A stretch of 64,000 bases of DNA from an uncultured bacterium (GTDB lineage Bacteria > Krumholzibacteriota > Krumholzibacteriia > LZORAL124-64-63). Below the pieces are notes generated by a model. It saw nothing but the letters and a program-made list of their open reading frames with translations, made no database searches and had not been told where the DNA came from. Positions 42,981 to 52,801 of this stretch are shown here, piece after piece (position 1 is the first letter of the stretch; each line of letters starts with the position of its first letter). The position numbers and the translations under genes were made by a program. The DNA lies in NCBI GenBank assembly GCA_963732385.1, contig CAVSZB010000007.1, positions 1,376,001-1,440,000 on the forward strand, given 5' to 3'.

Positions 42981-44273
42981 TTAACGTCCTCCTGCGCGCG
43001 GATCGGTGATGACGCCGGTGATGGCGCTGGCCGCGGCGACGGCGGCGCTGCACAGGTAGACCTCGGATTTCGGGTTGCCCATGCGACCCTTGAAGTTGCG
43101 GTTGGTGGTGGCGAACGCCACCTCCTCGTCCCCGAGCGCCCCCTGATGGATGCCCAGACACGGCCCGCAGCCCGAGTTCATCACCACGGCGCCGGCCTTC
43201 ATGAACTCCTGCAGGTAGCCGGCCTCGAGGGCCTGGGCGTAGATCCGCCCGGAGGCCGGAAAGACCAGCATGCGCGTGCCCTGCGCGACCTTCCTGCCCT
43301 TGAGGATCCCGGCGGCGATTTCCAGATCGTCCAGGCGGCCGTTCGTGCAGCTGCCGATCACGATCTGCTGGATCGGCTTGCCGGCGACCTCGTCGACCGG
43401 CTTGACGTTGTCGACCATGTGCGGACAGGCGATCTGCGGCGCGAGCCGCGACACGTCGATCTCGACGACCTTCTCGTAGACAGCATCGGCATCCGGCAGG
43501 ACCCGCTCGATGGGCCCGGTGACGCCGGCCTCCTGGCGCAGGTAGCGCTCGGTCTCGTCGTCGGCGGGCACGATGCCGCTCGTGGCGCCGGCCTCGACGC
43601 TCATGTTGCAGACGACGAGGCGCCCGCTCGTGGACATCGCTCCCGATCGTGTCGCCGTGGAACTCGAGCACGCGGAAGTTCGCGCCCTGCGCCGTGAGCC
43701 GGCCGATCAGGTGCAGGATCAGGTCCTTCGGCCCGACGTGTTCCGGGAACTTGCCGGTGACGATGACCTTGATGGTCGGCGGCACCTCGATGTTGAGCGC
43801 GACGCCGAGCGTCCAGACCGAGGCCATCTCGGTGGCGCCGATGCCGAAGGAGAAGCGCCCAGCGCTCCGTGGCTGGTCGTGTGGCTGTCGGTGCCGACGA
43901 CCACGAAACCGGGCCGGACGTAGCCGTACTCCGGCAGGATCTGGTGGCAGATGCCGCCGCGGTCGCCGCGGATGTCGTGGAATTTGGCGATTCCGTGCTG
44001 CGCCACGAAGCCGCGGATGAGCTTGTGGTTGGTGGCGGTCTTGGGCCCCTCGGCCGGCACACGGTGATCGAAGATGATGGCGATGCGGGAGGGATCCCAG
44101 GGTTTGGGCTCGCGACCCGTACCCTGATAGATCTCCTTGAACTGGTTGATGACCAGGGCCGCGTTCTCGTGCGACATGGCGAGATCGACCTGCGGCTCCG
44201 TGATGTCAAGGGCCTTGACGACCTTCACGCCCGCCGCTTTGGCCAGGATCTTTTCGACGACTGTCATTCCCAT
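42981..44273 (-). pseudogene. Dehydratase large subunit (LeuC/HacA-like) with two compensating frameshifts (~43855, ~43643); real lesion or assembly error
   Basis: MGMTVVEKIL...GICHQ...GTDSHTTSHGALGA | FSFGIGATEMA...GPKDLIL | CNMSVEAGA, IGSCTNGR, GCGPCLG, TNRNFKGRMG, read across three ORF segments. Confidence 0.85.
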
Positions 44274-44299
44274 CGTAGCTCCTCATCACGGCCGGGGTT

Positions 44300-45507
44300 T
44301 CAGATGACTGCCTTCTGCTTGAGTTCGGCGAGCTGAGCCTCGGCGAAGCCCAGGCGGCCCAGGATCTCGGCGTTGTGCTGTCCGAGCGTCGGCGGCGGGG
44401 TGGTGACGGCGCCCGACGCGCCGTCGAACAGGGCGGTGAGGCCGAAGACCTCGATCTCGCCCAGACCTGGCACGTCCACCTTCTGCAGGACCCCTCGGTG
44501 CTCGATCTGAGGCTGGCGCAGCGCCTGCTTCAAGCTCAGGATCTCGCCGCTCGGCACGTCGCGCGCGTTCAGGGCCTCGACCCAGTGCAGTGTCGGCTTC
44601 CGGGTGAGACGCGCTTCGAGGAGCGGCGTCAGGGCCTTGCGGTTCTTCTTGCGGGTGTCGCGCTCCTGGAAGCGCGGATCGACCTTCAGCTCCGGGAGCT
44701 CGAGGACATCGCAGACCGCCTCCCACTGCTCCTGCTTGTTGGCGGCGATGTTGATGTGGCCGTCGAGCGTGCTGAAGGTGCCGCTCGGCGCCGCGGTGAA
44801 GTTGTCGTTGCCCATGACGGGCGGCTCGTGTCCGCCGATCAGGAGGTTCGCGACCACCCAGCCCATCAGCGGCATGATCGAGTCGAGGAGCGCGACATCG
44901 ATGCACTGGCCCTGCGCCGGTCCGCTCGCGGTGGAAGAGGGCGGCCATGACCGCGAACGCCGCGTTCAGCCCGCCCACGGTGTCGCAGACGGGAAAGCCG
45001 GCGCGCAGCGGCGTCAGCCGTTCGTCGCCGTTGATCGCCATCTCGCCGGAGAGCCCCTGGATGATCTGGTCGTAGGCCGGCTTGTCGGCGTCCGGGCCGG
45101 TCTGGCCGAAGCCGGAGATCCCGCAGTAGACGAGCCGGGGATTGATCTCGCGCAGGACGTCGTAGCCGAGCCCGAGCCGCTCCATGACGCCGGGCCGGAA
45201 GTTCTCGATCACGCACGTCGGCGTCCCGGACGAGACGTTTGAAGATCTCCTTGCCCTCCGGGCTCTTGGTGTTGAGGGTCACCGACTTCTTGTTGCAGTT
45301 CTGCGCCAGGAAGCTCGTCCCCATCAGCCGCTTGTTGTACTCGGGAACGATCCCGAGCTTGCGGGCCAGATCACCGTCCTTGGGGTTCTCGATCTTGATG
45401 ACCTCCGCGCCCAGCAGCGCCAGGTGGAGCGAGGCGAACGGACCGGAGAGGACGTTGGTGAGGTCAAGGACCTTGATGCCGTCGAGAATGCGCGGTTTGT
45501 CTGTCAT
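44300..45507 (-). pseudogene. Class III (CaiB/BaiF) CoA-transferase with two +1 frameshifts (~45214, ~44914); real lesion or assembly error
   Basis: LDGIKVLDLTNVLSGP, GAEVIKIE, NCNKKS | IENFRPGVMERLGLGY, ISGFGQTGP, AYDQIIQ | GQCIDVAL, PPTLGQHN. Confidence 0.85.
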
Positions 45508-45522
45508 CGCAGCACCTGTCTG

Positions 45523-46419
45523 TTAGAAGAGCGGTCCGGTCTTGTGGACCCGGCCCGGCATCTCCCGGCCGAAATGTGTGGCGACCTCGCGGGCCACGGC
45601 GATGATCGCGTCGAGATCGATCTCCTCGCGCAGGCCGCTGCGGCGGAGGGCGTGGACCAGGTCCTCGGTGGCCACGTTGCCGGCCGCTACCTTCGTGAAC
45701 GGGCAGCCGCCCAGGCCGGCGACCGAGGTTTCGAAGCTCACGACCCCCGACTCCAGCGCGGCATAGATGTTCGCCATGCCGAGTCCGTAGGTGTCGTGGA
45801 AGTGGCACGTGCAGCGGATCTCCGGCGCGAGTTCCCGGATCCTGCCGAACAGCCGCCTCACCTGCCCGGGATACGCGTGGCCGGCGGTGTCGGCGAGGCT
45901 GATGTTCGTGAGACCCGCCTCGAGATAAGCGGCGACGATGCCGAGGACCCGCTCCTCGGCCACGCGGCCCTCGAAGCCGCAGCCGAACGCGCTCTGCACC
46001 GAGACCTGGATCTTTTTGCCGGCCGCGACCGCCGCCCTGGCCGTGGCGATGATGCGGCGCTGAGCCTCCTCCGACCCCATGCCGGTGTTCTTCAGGCTGT
46101 GCGTCTCGGAGGCCGAGACCCCGAGGCAGAACATCTCCACGCCGCACGCGAGGCCGCGCTCGAGCCCCTTCTCGTTGAGCACGAGGCCCGAGAGAATCGT
46201 TCGGCCTCTCGGCTCAGCGACGAGAGTGCGGAAGAGCGCGTCCGTGTCGGCCATCTGCGGCACCTTCTCGGGGTGCACGAACGAACCGACCTGGACGATG
46301 TCCAGGCCCGCGGCGATCAGCGACCGGATCCACCCGAGCTTCTGCTCGGTCGCGACCACCTGCTTCTCGACCTGCAGGCCGTCCCGGGGACCGACTTCGT
46401 GGATGATGATCTCGGACAT
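45523..46419 (-). CDS. HMG-CoA lyase family protein
   Basis: EVGPRDGLQ, SFVHPEKVPQMAD, ISLADTAG, HFHDTYG, GLGGCPF, GNVATED. Confidence 0.9.
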   Translation of the reverse strand: MSEIIIHEVGPRDGLQVEKQVVATEQKLGWIRSLIAAGLDIVQVGSFVHPEKVPQMADTDALFRTLVAEPRGRTILSGLVLNEKGLERGLACGVEMFCLGVSASETHSLKNTGMGSEEAQRRIIATARAAVAAGKKIQVSVQSAFGCGFEGRVAEERVLGIVAAYLEAGLTNISLADTAGHAYPGQVRRLFGRIRELAPEIRCTCHFHDTYGLGMANIYAALESGVVSFETSVAGLGGCPFTKVAAGNVATEDLVHALRRSGLREEIDLDAIIAVAREVATHFGREMPGRVHKTGPLF

Positions 46420-46423
46420 TGCG

Positions 46424-47541
46424 CTACAGCTTCCTGGCGATCGCCTCGCCCATCTCCAGGGTCGTGGCGCTGCCGCCCATGTCGTACGTGCGCACGCTGC
46501 CTTCGGCGATGACCTGGGCGGTGGCCTGCTCGAGCCGGGCGCCCTTTTCGGTCTCGCCCAGCCATTCCAGCATCATCTTGCCGGCGAGGATGGTGGCGAT
46601 GGGATTCACCTTGTACTGGCCGGCGTACTTGGGCGCGCTGCCGTGGCTCGGCTCGAACACGGCGAGCTTCTCGCCGATGTTGCCGGAGCAGCCGAAGCCG
46701 AGGCCGCCCACCATCTGCGCCGCGAGGTCGCTGACGATGTCGCCGAACATGTTGGTGGCGACGAGCACGCCGTAGCTCCGGGGATTCTTGAGAAGCCACA
46801 TGCAGATGGCGTCGATGTTCGCGTCGTCCATCTGGATCCCCGGGTAGTCTTTGGCGATCCGCTTTCCGGTCTCCAGGAACAGGCCCTCGGTCGCGCGCAC
46901 CACGTTGGCCTTGTGGATCACGGTGACCTTCGGGTAGTTGAACTTCCTGGCGTACTCGAAGGCGGCACGGATGATCCGCTCGCAACCCTTGTTCGTGTTG
47001 ATCTTGCAGCTGATGGCGTAGTCGTGGCCCGGCAGGCTGGCGAAATGAGCGAACGGCTTGCTGAGCCGGCTCAGGACGCTGACGAGTTCGTCCGGGACCG
47101 GGCTGAACTCGACGCCGGCATAGAGATCCTCCGTGTTCTCGCGGAAGACCACGAGGTCGATGCCCTCCTTGTAGTTGAGAGGGTTGCCAGGATAGGCCTT
47201 GCAGGGCCGCAGGCAGGTGTAGAGGTCGAACAGCTGCCGCATGCGGACGATGGGACTGCGGTAGACCAGCCCCTTGCCCTGCAGCTCCGGGATGAGCTCG
47301 CGCTCCGCGTCCTTCACCGGCTTGGAGGTGATGGCGCCGAACAGAGCCGCGTCACTTGACCTCAGAAGCTCGACCGTGCGCTCCGGGAAGGCGTCGCCCT
47401 CCGGCACCAGAACTCCCAGCCGATGTCGCCGTGCGTGTAGGTGGCGTCGAACTTGAGGGCGTCGAGACAGATCCTGGTCGCCTCCATGACTTCCACGCCC
47501 ACGCCGTCACCCGGCAGCCATGCGATCTTGTACCTGCTCAT
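46424..47541 (-). pseudogene. Isocitrate/isopropylmalate-family decarboxylating dehydrogenase with a one-base deletion at ~47402; real lesion or assembly error
   Basis: GGAGG RBS + MSRYKIAWLPGDGVGVEV...GWEFWC | EGDAFPERT, FRENTEDLY, HKANV, NMFGDIVSD, FEPSHGSAP. Confidence 0.85.
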
Positions 47542-47586
47542 GGATCCTCCATGGGGCCGTGCCTGGGCGACCTGATCCGCCGCACC

Positions 47587-47601
47587 ATGCATTTTTAGAA
47601 T
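47587..47601. promoter_or_regulatory. Putative LysR box ATGC-N7-GAAT (T-N11-A)
   Basis: Lies in the AT-rich divergent intergenic region between the operon and lysR. A similar element (GTTC-N7-TCAT) overlaps the lysR start at 47720-47734. Confidence 0.5.
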
Positions 47602-47732
47602 GATCGAGGAGAAGCGACAATTCATCTCCCCGAGCCGATCACGGAACTTAATCCTTGTATTCAAGTGAATTATGATGCACTGTCGGCCATGATCACAAAC
47701 GATGATTTTTCAGGAACCAGTTCCAAAAAGTC

Positions 47733-48629
47733 ATGAACACTAAGCGTGTCCTCCCATCACTCACCGCGCTCCAGTTCTTCGAAGCCGCGGTGCGCCACAT
47801 GAGCTTCACCCGGGCGGCGCGAGAGCTGAACGTCACGCAGAGCGCCGTAAGCCGCCAGATCCGACAACTCGAGGAGCACGTCGGCAGGCCGCTGTTCCGC
47901 CGCCTCAAGCAGCGGCTGGTCCTGACCGAGCCCGGCGAGGCCTACTTCATAGCCGTGCGCGAACTGCTCGACCGCGCCGAGGCGGCCACCCTCCAGCTGA
48001 TGGCCTACGGCAGCGGAGGCGGCCTGCTGACCGTCGCTTTGCTGCCCACCTTCGGATCGCGGTGGCTCGTCCCCCGGCTCGGCGACTTCACGACGCAGCA
48101 TCCCGACATCCAGCTCAACCTGGTGACGCAGGTAAAGCCGTTCGACTTCGCCGGCAGCGAAATCGACGTGGCCATCCACTTCGGCAGCGAGGTCTGGCCG
48201 GGCGCGATCTGCCACCGGCTGATGGGCGAAGTGGTCGTTCCGGTGGCGGCGCCCTCCCTGCTCGGACGCTCCCGGCTGACCCGCCCCGAGGACGTGGGCC
48301 GCTACACGCTGCTACAGCACGTGACGCGCTCACAGGCCTGGCAGGAGTGGCTTCACGCCTGCGGCGTGGAAGAGCTCGACGGCCACGTGGGGCCGCGCTT
48401 CGAGCAGTTCCACATGGTCATCCAGGCCGCCATCGCCGGCCTCGGGCTCGCGGTCCTGCCCCGGTTCCTGATCCAGGACGAGCTCACGAGCGGCAGGCTC
48501 GTCGTCGCGATCGACCGACCGGTGAAAAGCGAGCATGCGTACTACCTCGTCCATCCGGAGCGCAAGGCGGACCTCCAGCGCGTCACGGTGTTTCGTGACT
48601 GGTTGCTGCAGCAGTGCGCGGGAGGGTAG
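47733..48629 (+). CDS. LysR-family regulator (GcvA-like)
   Basis: LPSLTALQFFEAAVRHMSFTRAARELNVTQSAVSRQIRQLE, WLVPRL, QAAIAGLG. Confidence 0.93.
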   Translation: MNTKRVLPSLTALQFFEAAVRHMSFTRAARELNVTQSAVSRQIRQLEEHVGRPLFRRLKQRLVLTEPGEAYFIAVRELLDRAEAATLQLMAYGSGGGLLTVALLPTFGSRWLVPRLGDFTTQHPDIQLNLVTQVKPFDFAGSEIDVAIHFGSEVWPGAICHRLMGEVVVPVAAPSLLGRSRLTRPEDVGRYTLLQHVTRSQAWQEWLHACGVEELDGHVGPRFEQFHMVIQAAIAGLGLAVLPRFLIQDELTSGRLVVAIDRPVKSEHAYYLVHPERKADLQRVTVFRDWLLQQCAGG

Positions 48630-48693
48630 GATAGATGAGCACGCGGGCGTCGGGACCGAGGCCTGAGCCAACCGTTTGCTTCCGGGGGATGGC

Positions 48694-49359
48694 ATGACCG
48701 AGACTTCGTTGGCGATCCTCGTCTGGACGGCGATTTCGATCGGGGTCACGCATACGGTGATCGGGCCTGACCACTACGTTCCGTTCATCGCGCTGGCGCG
48801 AGCGCGGGGCTGGACGGGCGGGCGGACGCTCGCGGTGACGGCGCTGTGCGGGGTGGGGCATGTGCTGTCATCGGTGGTGATCGGGGGGCTTGGCATCGGC
48901 CTGGGAACGGCGCTTGGCCGCCTCGAAGCGATCGAGAGCGCGCGGGGCGAATGGGCCAGTTGGGGGCTGATCCTGTTCGGGGTCGGGTATGGGGTCTGGG
49001 GGTTGTGGCGGGCGCGGCGGGGGCATGGGCATCGGCATCTGCCGGGAGGCGGGCATCTGCACGACCACGAAGCACGGTCGGTCACGTTCTGGACGCTGTT
49101 CATCGTGTTCGTGCTGGGGCCTTGCGAGCCGCTCATTCCGCTGCTGATGTTTCCGGCGGCGAAGCATGACTGGGCGGGGGTCTGGGTGGTGACGGGGGCG
49201 TTCGGGGTCGCCACGATCGGCGCCATGTGCGCGCTGGTGCTGGCGGGGAGACGGGGGCTGGCGCGGGTGCGGCTGGCGGGGCTGGAGCGCTATGCGCATG
49301 CGCTCGCGGGCGGCATCATCGCGATGTCGGGGGCGGCGATCCGGCTGTTCGGGATCTGA
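48694..49359 (+). CDS. Nickel/cobalt transporter (NicO/UreH-like)
   Basis: HTVIGPDH motif, His-rich loop GHGHRHLPGGGHLHDH, VLGPCEPL, about 6 TM helices; adjacent to hydrogenase genes. Confidence 0.75.
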   Translation: MTETSLAILVWTAISIGVTHTVIGPDHYVPFIALARARGWTGGRTLAVTALCGVGHVLSSVVIGGLGIGLGTALGRLEAIESARGEWASWGLILFGVGYGVWGLWRARRGHGHRHLPGGGHLHDHEARSVTFWTLFIVFVLGPCEPLIPLLMFPAAKHDWAGVWVVTGAFGVATIGAMCALVLAGRRGLARVRLAGLERYAHALAGGIIAMSGAAIRLFGI

Positions 49360-49372
49360 GGGACAGCGCAGG

Positions 49373-49861
49373 TCAGACGTCGGCAGCCAGCAGCTCGCGC
49401 ACTGCGACCAGGATCTCGTCGCGCAGAGCGGGGTAGCGCGCCTCGAGCTCCTCGGTCATCCGCTCGCTGAAGGTCAGGTTGTCGACGATCTCCACGGCGA
49501 AAATATGGATCTCCGCATCGGGCGGCAGGCGCAGGCCGAGACGACGGCCGAGCTCCAGCGCGGTGGCGAAGTTCGTATCGTGGACGTTGGACAGGTTCAT
49601 CGTCGGGCGCAGGGCGGCGGCGGTGAACCGGTGCCAGGCGCCGGGCAGCGCATCGCGGGTCTTGACCGAGTCGAGGCAGACGAGGCGGTCGTGGCCCTGC
49701 AGGACGTCGAGCAGGTTGAGACCGCCGACGGAGCATTCCTCCAGCCAGGCCAGGGCGGGGCGGTCGCCGAGCGCGAGGCGCAGGTCGCGCGCCAGGCGCA
49801 CGCCGACGGCGTCGTCGGTCAGGATCGGGTTGCCGAGGCCCACGACCAGGGTCGTCATCAT
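49373..49861 (-). CDS. Hydrogenase maturation protease
   Basis: VGLGNPILTDDAVG, GGLNLLD, SNVHD. Confidence 0.92.
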   Translation of the reverse strand: MMTTLVVGLGNPILTDDAVGVRLARDLRLALGDRPALAWLEECSVGGLNLLDVLQGHDRLVCLDSVKTRDALPGAWHRFTAAALRPTMNLSNVHDTNFATALELGRRLGLRLPPDAEIHIFAVEIVDNLTFSERMTEELEARYPALRDEILVAVRELLAADV

Positions 49862-49937
49862 CGGGCGTCTCCGCGGGGATTTCGGGGCGCCGGCCGAGGT
49901 CCGATCGGGACGACGCCTCCCGCTGCCGGGCGATCGC

Positions 49938-51404
49938 TCAGCAGTTCCGCTTGATCGTCTGCACCAGTTCCCCGCCGCGGATCAGTCGCACCTCGAGCGG
50001 CATCTGGCCCGGGAGGCTGTGCGTGGCGCAGGAGTAGCACGGATCGAAGGCGCGGAAGCCCATCTCGATCATGTTCAGGATGCCCTCATTGGCCGGCTGG
50101 CCAGGCTTGATCAGCGCTTTGGCGATCTTGCGGGTCACCATGTGGATGGGGGCGTTGTTGTTCGTGGTGCCGACGATCAGGTTGGCGCTCGTGCAGATGC
50201 CGTTCTCGTCGCAGGTGTAGTGGTGCGTCAGGGTGCCGCGCATCGCCTCGACGATGCCAACCCCCTCCCCCGTGATCTTCTGCGGCACGACGCGGTAGCG
50301 GGCGCCGGTGATCTCGGGATCGGCGCAGTGGCGCTGCAGCATCTCCGCGTTCTGCACCATCTCCACGAGGCGGGCCCAGTGATTCGCCAGCAGCGCCCGG
50401 CAGGGGTGGCCGCCGAGCGTGGTGAACATCTCCTCGAACGCGATCTGCGCCTGTGGCGTGGCCATCCGGTCGGCCACGTTGAGGCGGGCGAGCGGCGTGG
50501 CGCAGTAGAGGCTGGAGTCCTCCCCCTCCACGAATCCCTTCCAGCCGCGCTGCTTCAGGTAGGGGAACTTGAGGTAGCTCCACGGCTCCACGTGCTCGGC
50601 CACGTATTCGTGGTACTCCTCGGGACGGTAGCGGCAGATCTCATGGCCGTGGAAGTCGACCACGCGCACCTGACCATGGTAGAAGTTGGGGGCGTTGTTC
50701 TCGTCGACCAGCCCCATGTTGTGCACGTCGAGCGTGTACGGCCCGTTGACGATCAGGTCCACGTAGCCGGGGTTGCCGAGCACCACGTCGCGGAACAGCT
50801 GCAGCGAGAACTGCGTGAAGTCGTACAGCTCGGCCACGAGGGGCCGGATCCGCTCCAGCTCCTCCGGCGTGCACCCCTTCGACACGCCGCCCGGCAGGCA
50901 CCACACCAGGTGCGTGCTGCGCCCGCCCAGGATCGTCTGGATCTCCTGCGCCATGGCGCGCGCCCTGATGACGGCGCCGCCGATCTCCAGGCCGACCTTC
51001 GCCACCACGCCGAGGATGTTGCGCGTGGCGGGATCGCTGTCGGGACCGCAGACGAAGTCGGGGGCGGCCAGCGCGTAGAAGTGGGCGATGTGGCTGTGGA
51101 TGTAATGCGCGTGGTAGTACATGTCGCGCAGCTTGTGCGCCAGCGGGGGGCACTCGCCGCCGAAGCAGCCGTCAACCGCCTTGGCGCTCGCCATGTGGTG
51201 ACTGGCGGGGCAGACGCCGCAGATCCGCGTCACGATGCGCGGCAGCTCCTCGATCGGCCGCCCGACGACGAAGCGTTCGAACCCGCGCAGTTCGGGGATC
51301 TGGAAATAGGTGTCGCGCACCGAGCCGTCGTCGTTGAGGAAGATCGAGATCTTGCCGTGCCCCTCGAGGCGCGTGATCGGATCGATGTGGATCGTCCGCG
51401 TCAT
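49938..51404 (-). CDS. mvhA: NiFe hydrogenase large subunit, Mvh (group 3c) type
   Basis: IDPITRLEGHGK, ELRGFE, L1 RICGVCP, VEAMRGTLTHHY, L2 RAFDPCYSCATH plus cleavable tail. Confidence 0.93.
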   Translation of the reverse strand: MTRTIHIDPITRLEGHGKISIFLNDDGSVRDTYFQIPELRGFERFVVGRPIEELPRIVTRICGVCPASHHMASAKAVDGCFGGECPPLAHKLRDMYYHAHYIHSHIAHFYALAAPDFVCGPDSDPATRNILGVVAKVGLEIGGAVIRARAMAQEIQTILGGRSTHLVWCLPGGVSKGCTPEELERIRPLVAELYDFTQFSLQLFRDVVLGNPGYVDLIVNGPYTLDVHNMGLVDENNAPNFYHGQVRVVDFHGHEICRYRPEEYHEYVAEHVEPWSYLKFPYLKQRGWKGFVEGEDSSLYCATPLARLNVADRMATPQAQIAFEEMFTTLGGHPCRALLANHWARLVEMVQNAEMLQRHCADPEITGARYRVVPQKITGEGVGIVEAMRGTLTHHYTCDENGICTSANLIVGTTNNNAPIHMVTRKIAKALIKPGQPANEGILNMIEMGFRAFDPCYSCATHSLPGQMPLEVRLIRGGELVQTIKRNC

Positions 51405-52363
51405 GTAAGACTCCTCTGCAACAGCGATCCCGGCAGACCGAAGCGGTAGGCGTAGCCCATGATGTCGGGCACGTCGGCGAGGATCCGGTCGATTTCGGCA
51501 GGGTCCCTGCTGTCGATGATCGAGGCGATCGCGCTGATCAGCTTGGCCCCCTGGTCGACGACGTTGGGCGCCGGGCCGTAGCAGCCGCGGCACGGCATGT
51601 TGCTGTTCGGGCAGCGCACGCCGCAGCCGGAACGCGTGGCCGAGCCGGCGCAGACGATCCCCTGTTCGAGCAGGCAGCGCTCCGGATCCTGGATGATCTG
51701 CCACGGACGATGGAACTTCGCCACCTTCTTCTCTTCCTTCTTCCGCTGGCAGTCGTCGCAGACATTGCGCTCGGACGCGCCAACCACCGACCCCCGCGGC
51801 GGCAGCTGGCCGGTCACGACCGCGGTCAGCACCTCGCGCACGCGATCGGGGTGCGGCGGGCAGCCCGGCACGGTGTAATCGACCTCCACCACGTCGCCCA
51901 GCCGGTAGACGCGGCGGTACATGGTCGGGATCTCCAGCCCGCCGCATTCCACCCGGCTCTCCGGCAGCGGCACCGTGCGGTTGCCCGGCTCGATGGAGGG
52001 GTTGTTCAGGTAGGCGCGCTCGAAGATCTCCTCGCGCGTGAACTGGTTGGCCAGGCCCGGAATGCCGCCGAGGTGCGCGCACGAGCCGAACGCCACCAGC
52101 AGCTTCGCCTTGCGCCGCAGCAACTTCGCCACGTGCTCGTTCTCGCTGTTGCGCACGGCGCCGTTGAAGATCGCCAGATCGAGCTCGCCGTCGGCCATGG
52201 CCTCGAGATCGTGGTACTTGCCGTCGACGGCGATCGGCCAGAAGCGGATGTCGGCCGCCGCGGCCACGTCGAGGATGAACTCGTTGGTGTCGAGCACCGC
52301 GACGTCGCAACCGCCGCACGCGGCGCCCCAGTAGAGCGCGATCTGCAGCTTACGATCGGGCAT
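51401..52363 (-). CDS. mvhG: NiFe hydrogenase small subunit
   Basis: ACGGCD, FGSCAHLGGIPGL, PGCPP, CDDC, CLLEQG, TRSGCG, PCRGCYG. Confidence 0.92.
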   Translation of the reverse strand: MPDRKLQIALYWGAACGGCDVAVLDTNEFILDVAAAADIRFWPIAVDGKYHDLEAMADGELDLAIFNGAVRNSENEHVAKLLRRKAKLLVAFGSCAHLGGIPGLANQFTREEIFERAYLNNPSIEPGNRTVPLPESRVECGGLEIPTMYRRVYRLGDVVEVDYTVPGCPPHPDRVREVLTAVVTGQLPPRGSVVGASERNVCDDCQRKKEEKKVAKFHRPWQIIQDPERCLLEQGIVCAGSATRSGCGVRCPNSNMPCRGCYGPAPNVVDQGAKLISAIASIIDSRDPAEIDRILADVPDIMGYAYRFGLPGSLLQRSLT

Positions 52364-52366
52364 CTC

Positions 52367-52801
52367 TCACCTCGTGGCCTGGTCCTGGGTGAGGGCCGTC
52401 TTCACCATGCACGGCCCGAGCGCGCGGATCTTTTCGGTCATGTCGTTGACCAAGTCGGCGAACCGCTTCCCCTCGCTGGCGCTGACCCACTCGAGGCGGA
52501 CCCGTTCCGGCTCGATGCCGTAGTCGGCCAGCAGGCGCTTGAGCAGGGGATAGCGCCGCATCGTCTTGTAGTTGCCCTCGCTGTAGTGGCAGTCGCCGGG
52601 ATGGCAGCCGCAGATGAGCACCCCGTCGGCCCCCTGCTGCAGCGCCTTCAGCACGAAGGTGGGGTCGATGCGCGCGGAACACATCACGCGGATCACCCGC
52701 ACGTTGGCGGCGTACTTGATGCGACTGGTGCCGGCGAGATCGGCCCCCGTATAGGAGCACCAGTTGCAGAGCAACCCCACGATCTTGGGCTCGAAGGCCA
52801 T
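52367..52801 (-). CDS. mvhD: Hydrogenase [2Fe-2S] subunit
   Basis: LCNWCSYTGADLAG, RVMCSARID, GCHPGDCHY, WVSASEG; TGATG overlap with hdrA. Confidence 0.95.
   Translation of the reverse strand: MAFEPKIVGLLCNWCSYTGADLAGTSRIKYAANVRVIRVMCSARIDPTFVLKALQQGADGVLICGCHPGDCHYSEGNYKTMRRYPLLKRLLADYGIEPERVRLEWVSASEGKRFADLVNDMTEKIRALGPCMVKTALTQDQATR

Noticed and set aside
42482..47541. Ordinary leucine biosynthesis operon (leuBCD)
   Set aside because: No leuA or ilv genes; interleaved CoA-transferase and lyase and a divergent LysR argue for another pathway, so no gene symbols were assigned.
49938..52801. Selenocysteine-containing (NiFeSe/Vhu) hydrogenase
   Set aside because: The L2 motif is DPCYSC and the MvhD Cys positions are ordinary Cys codons; no in-frame TGA.
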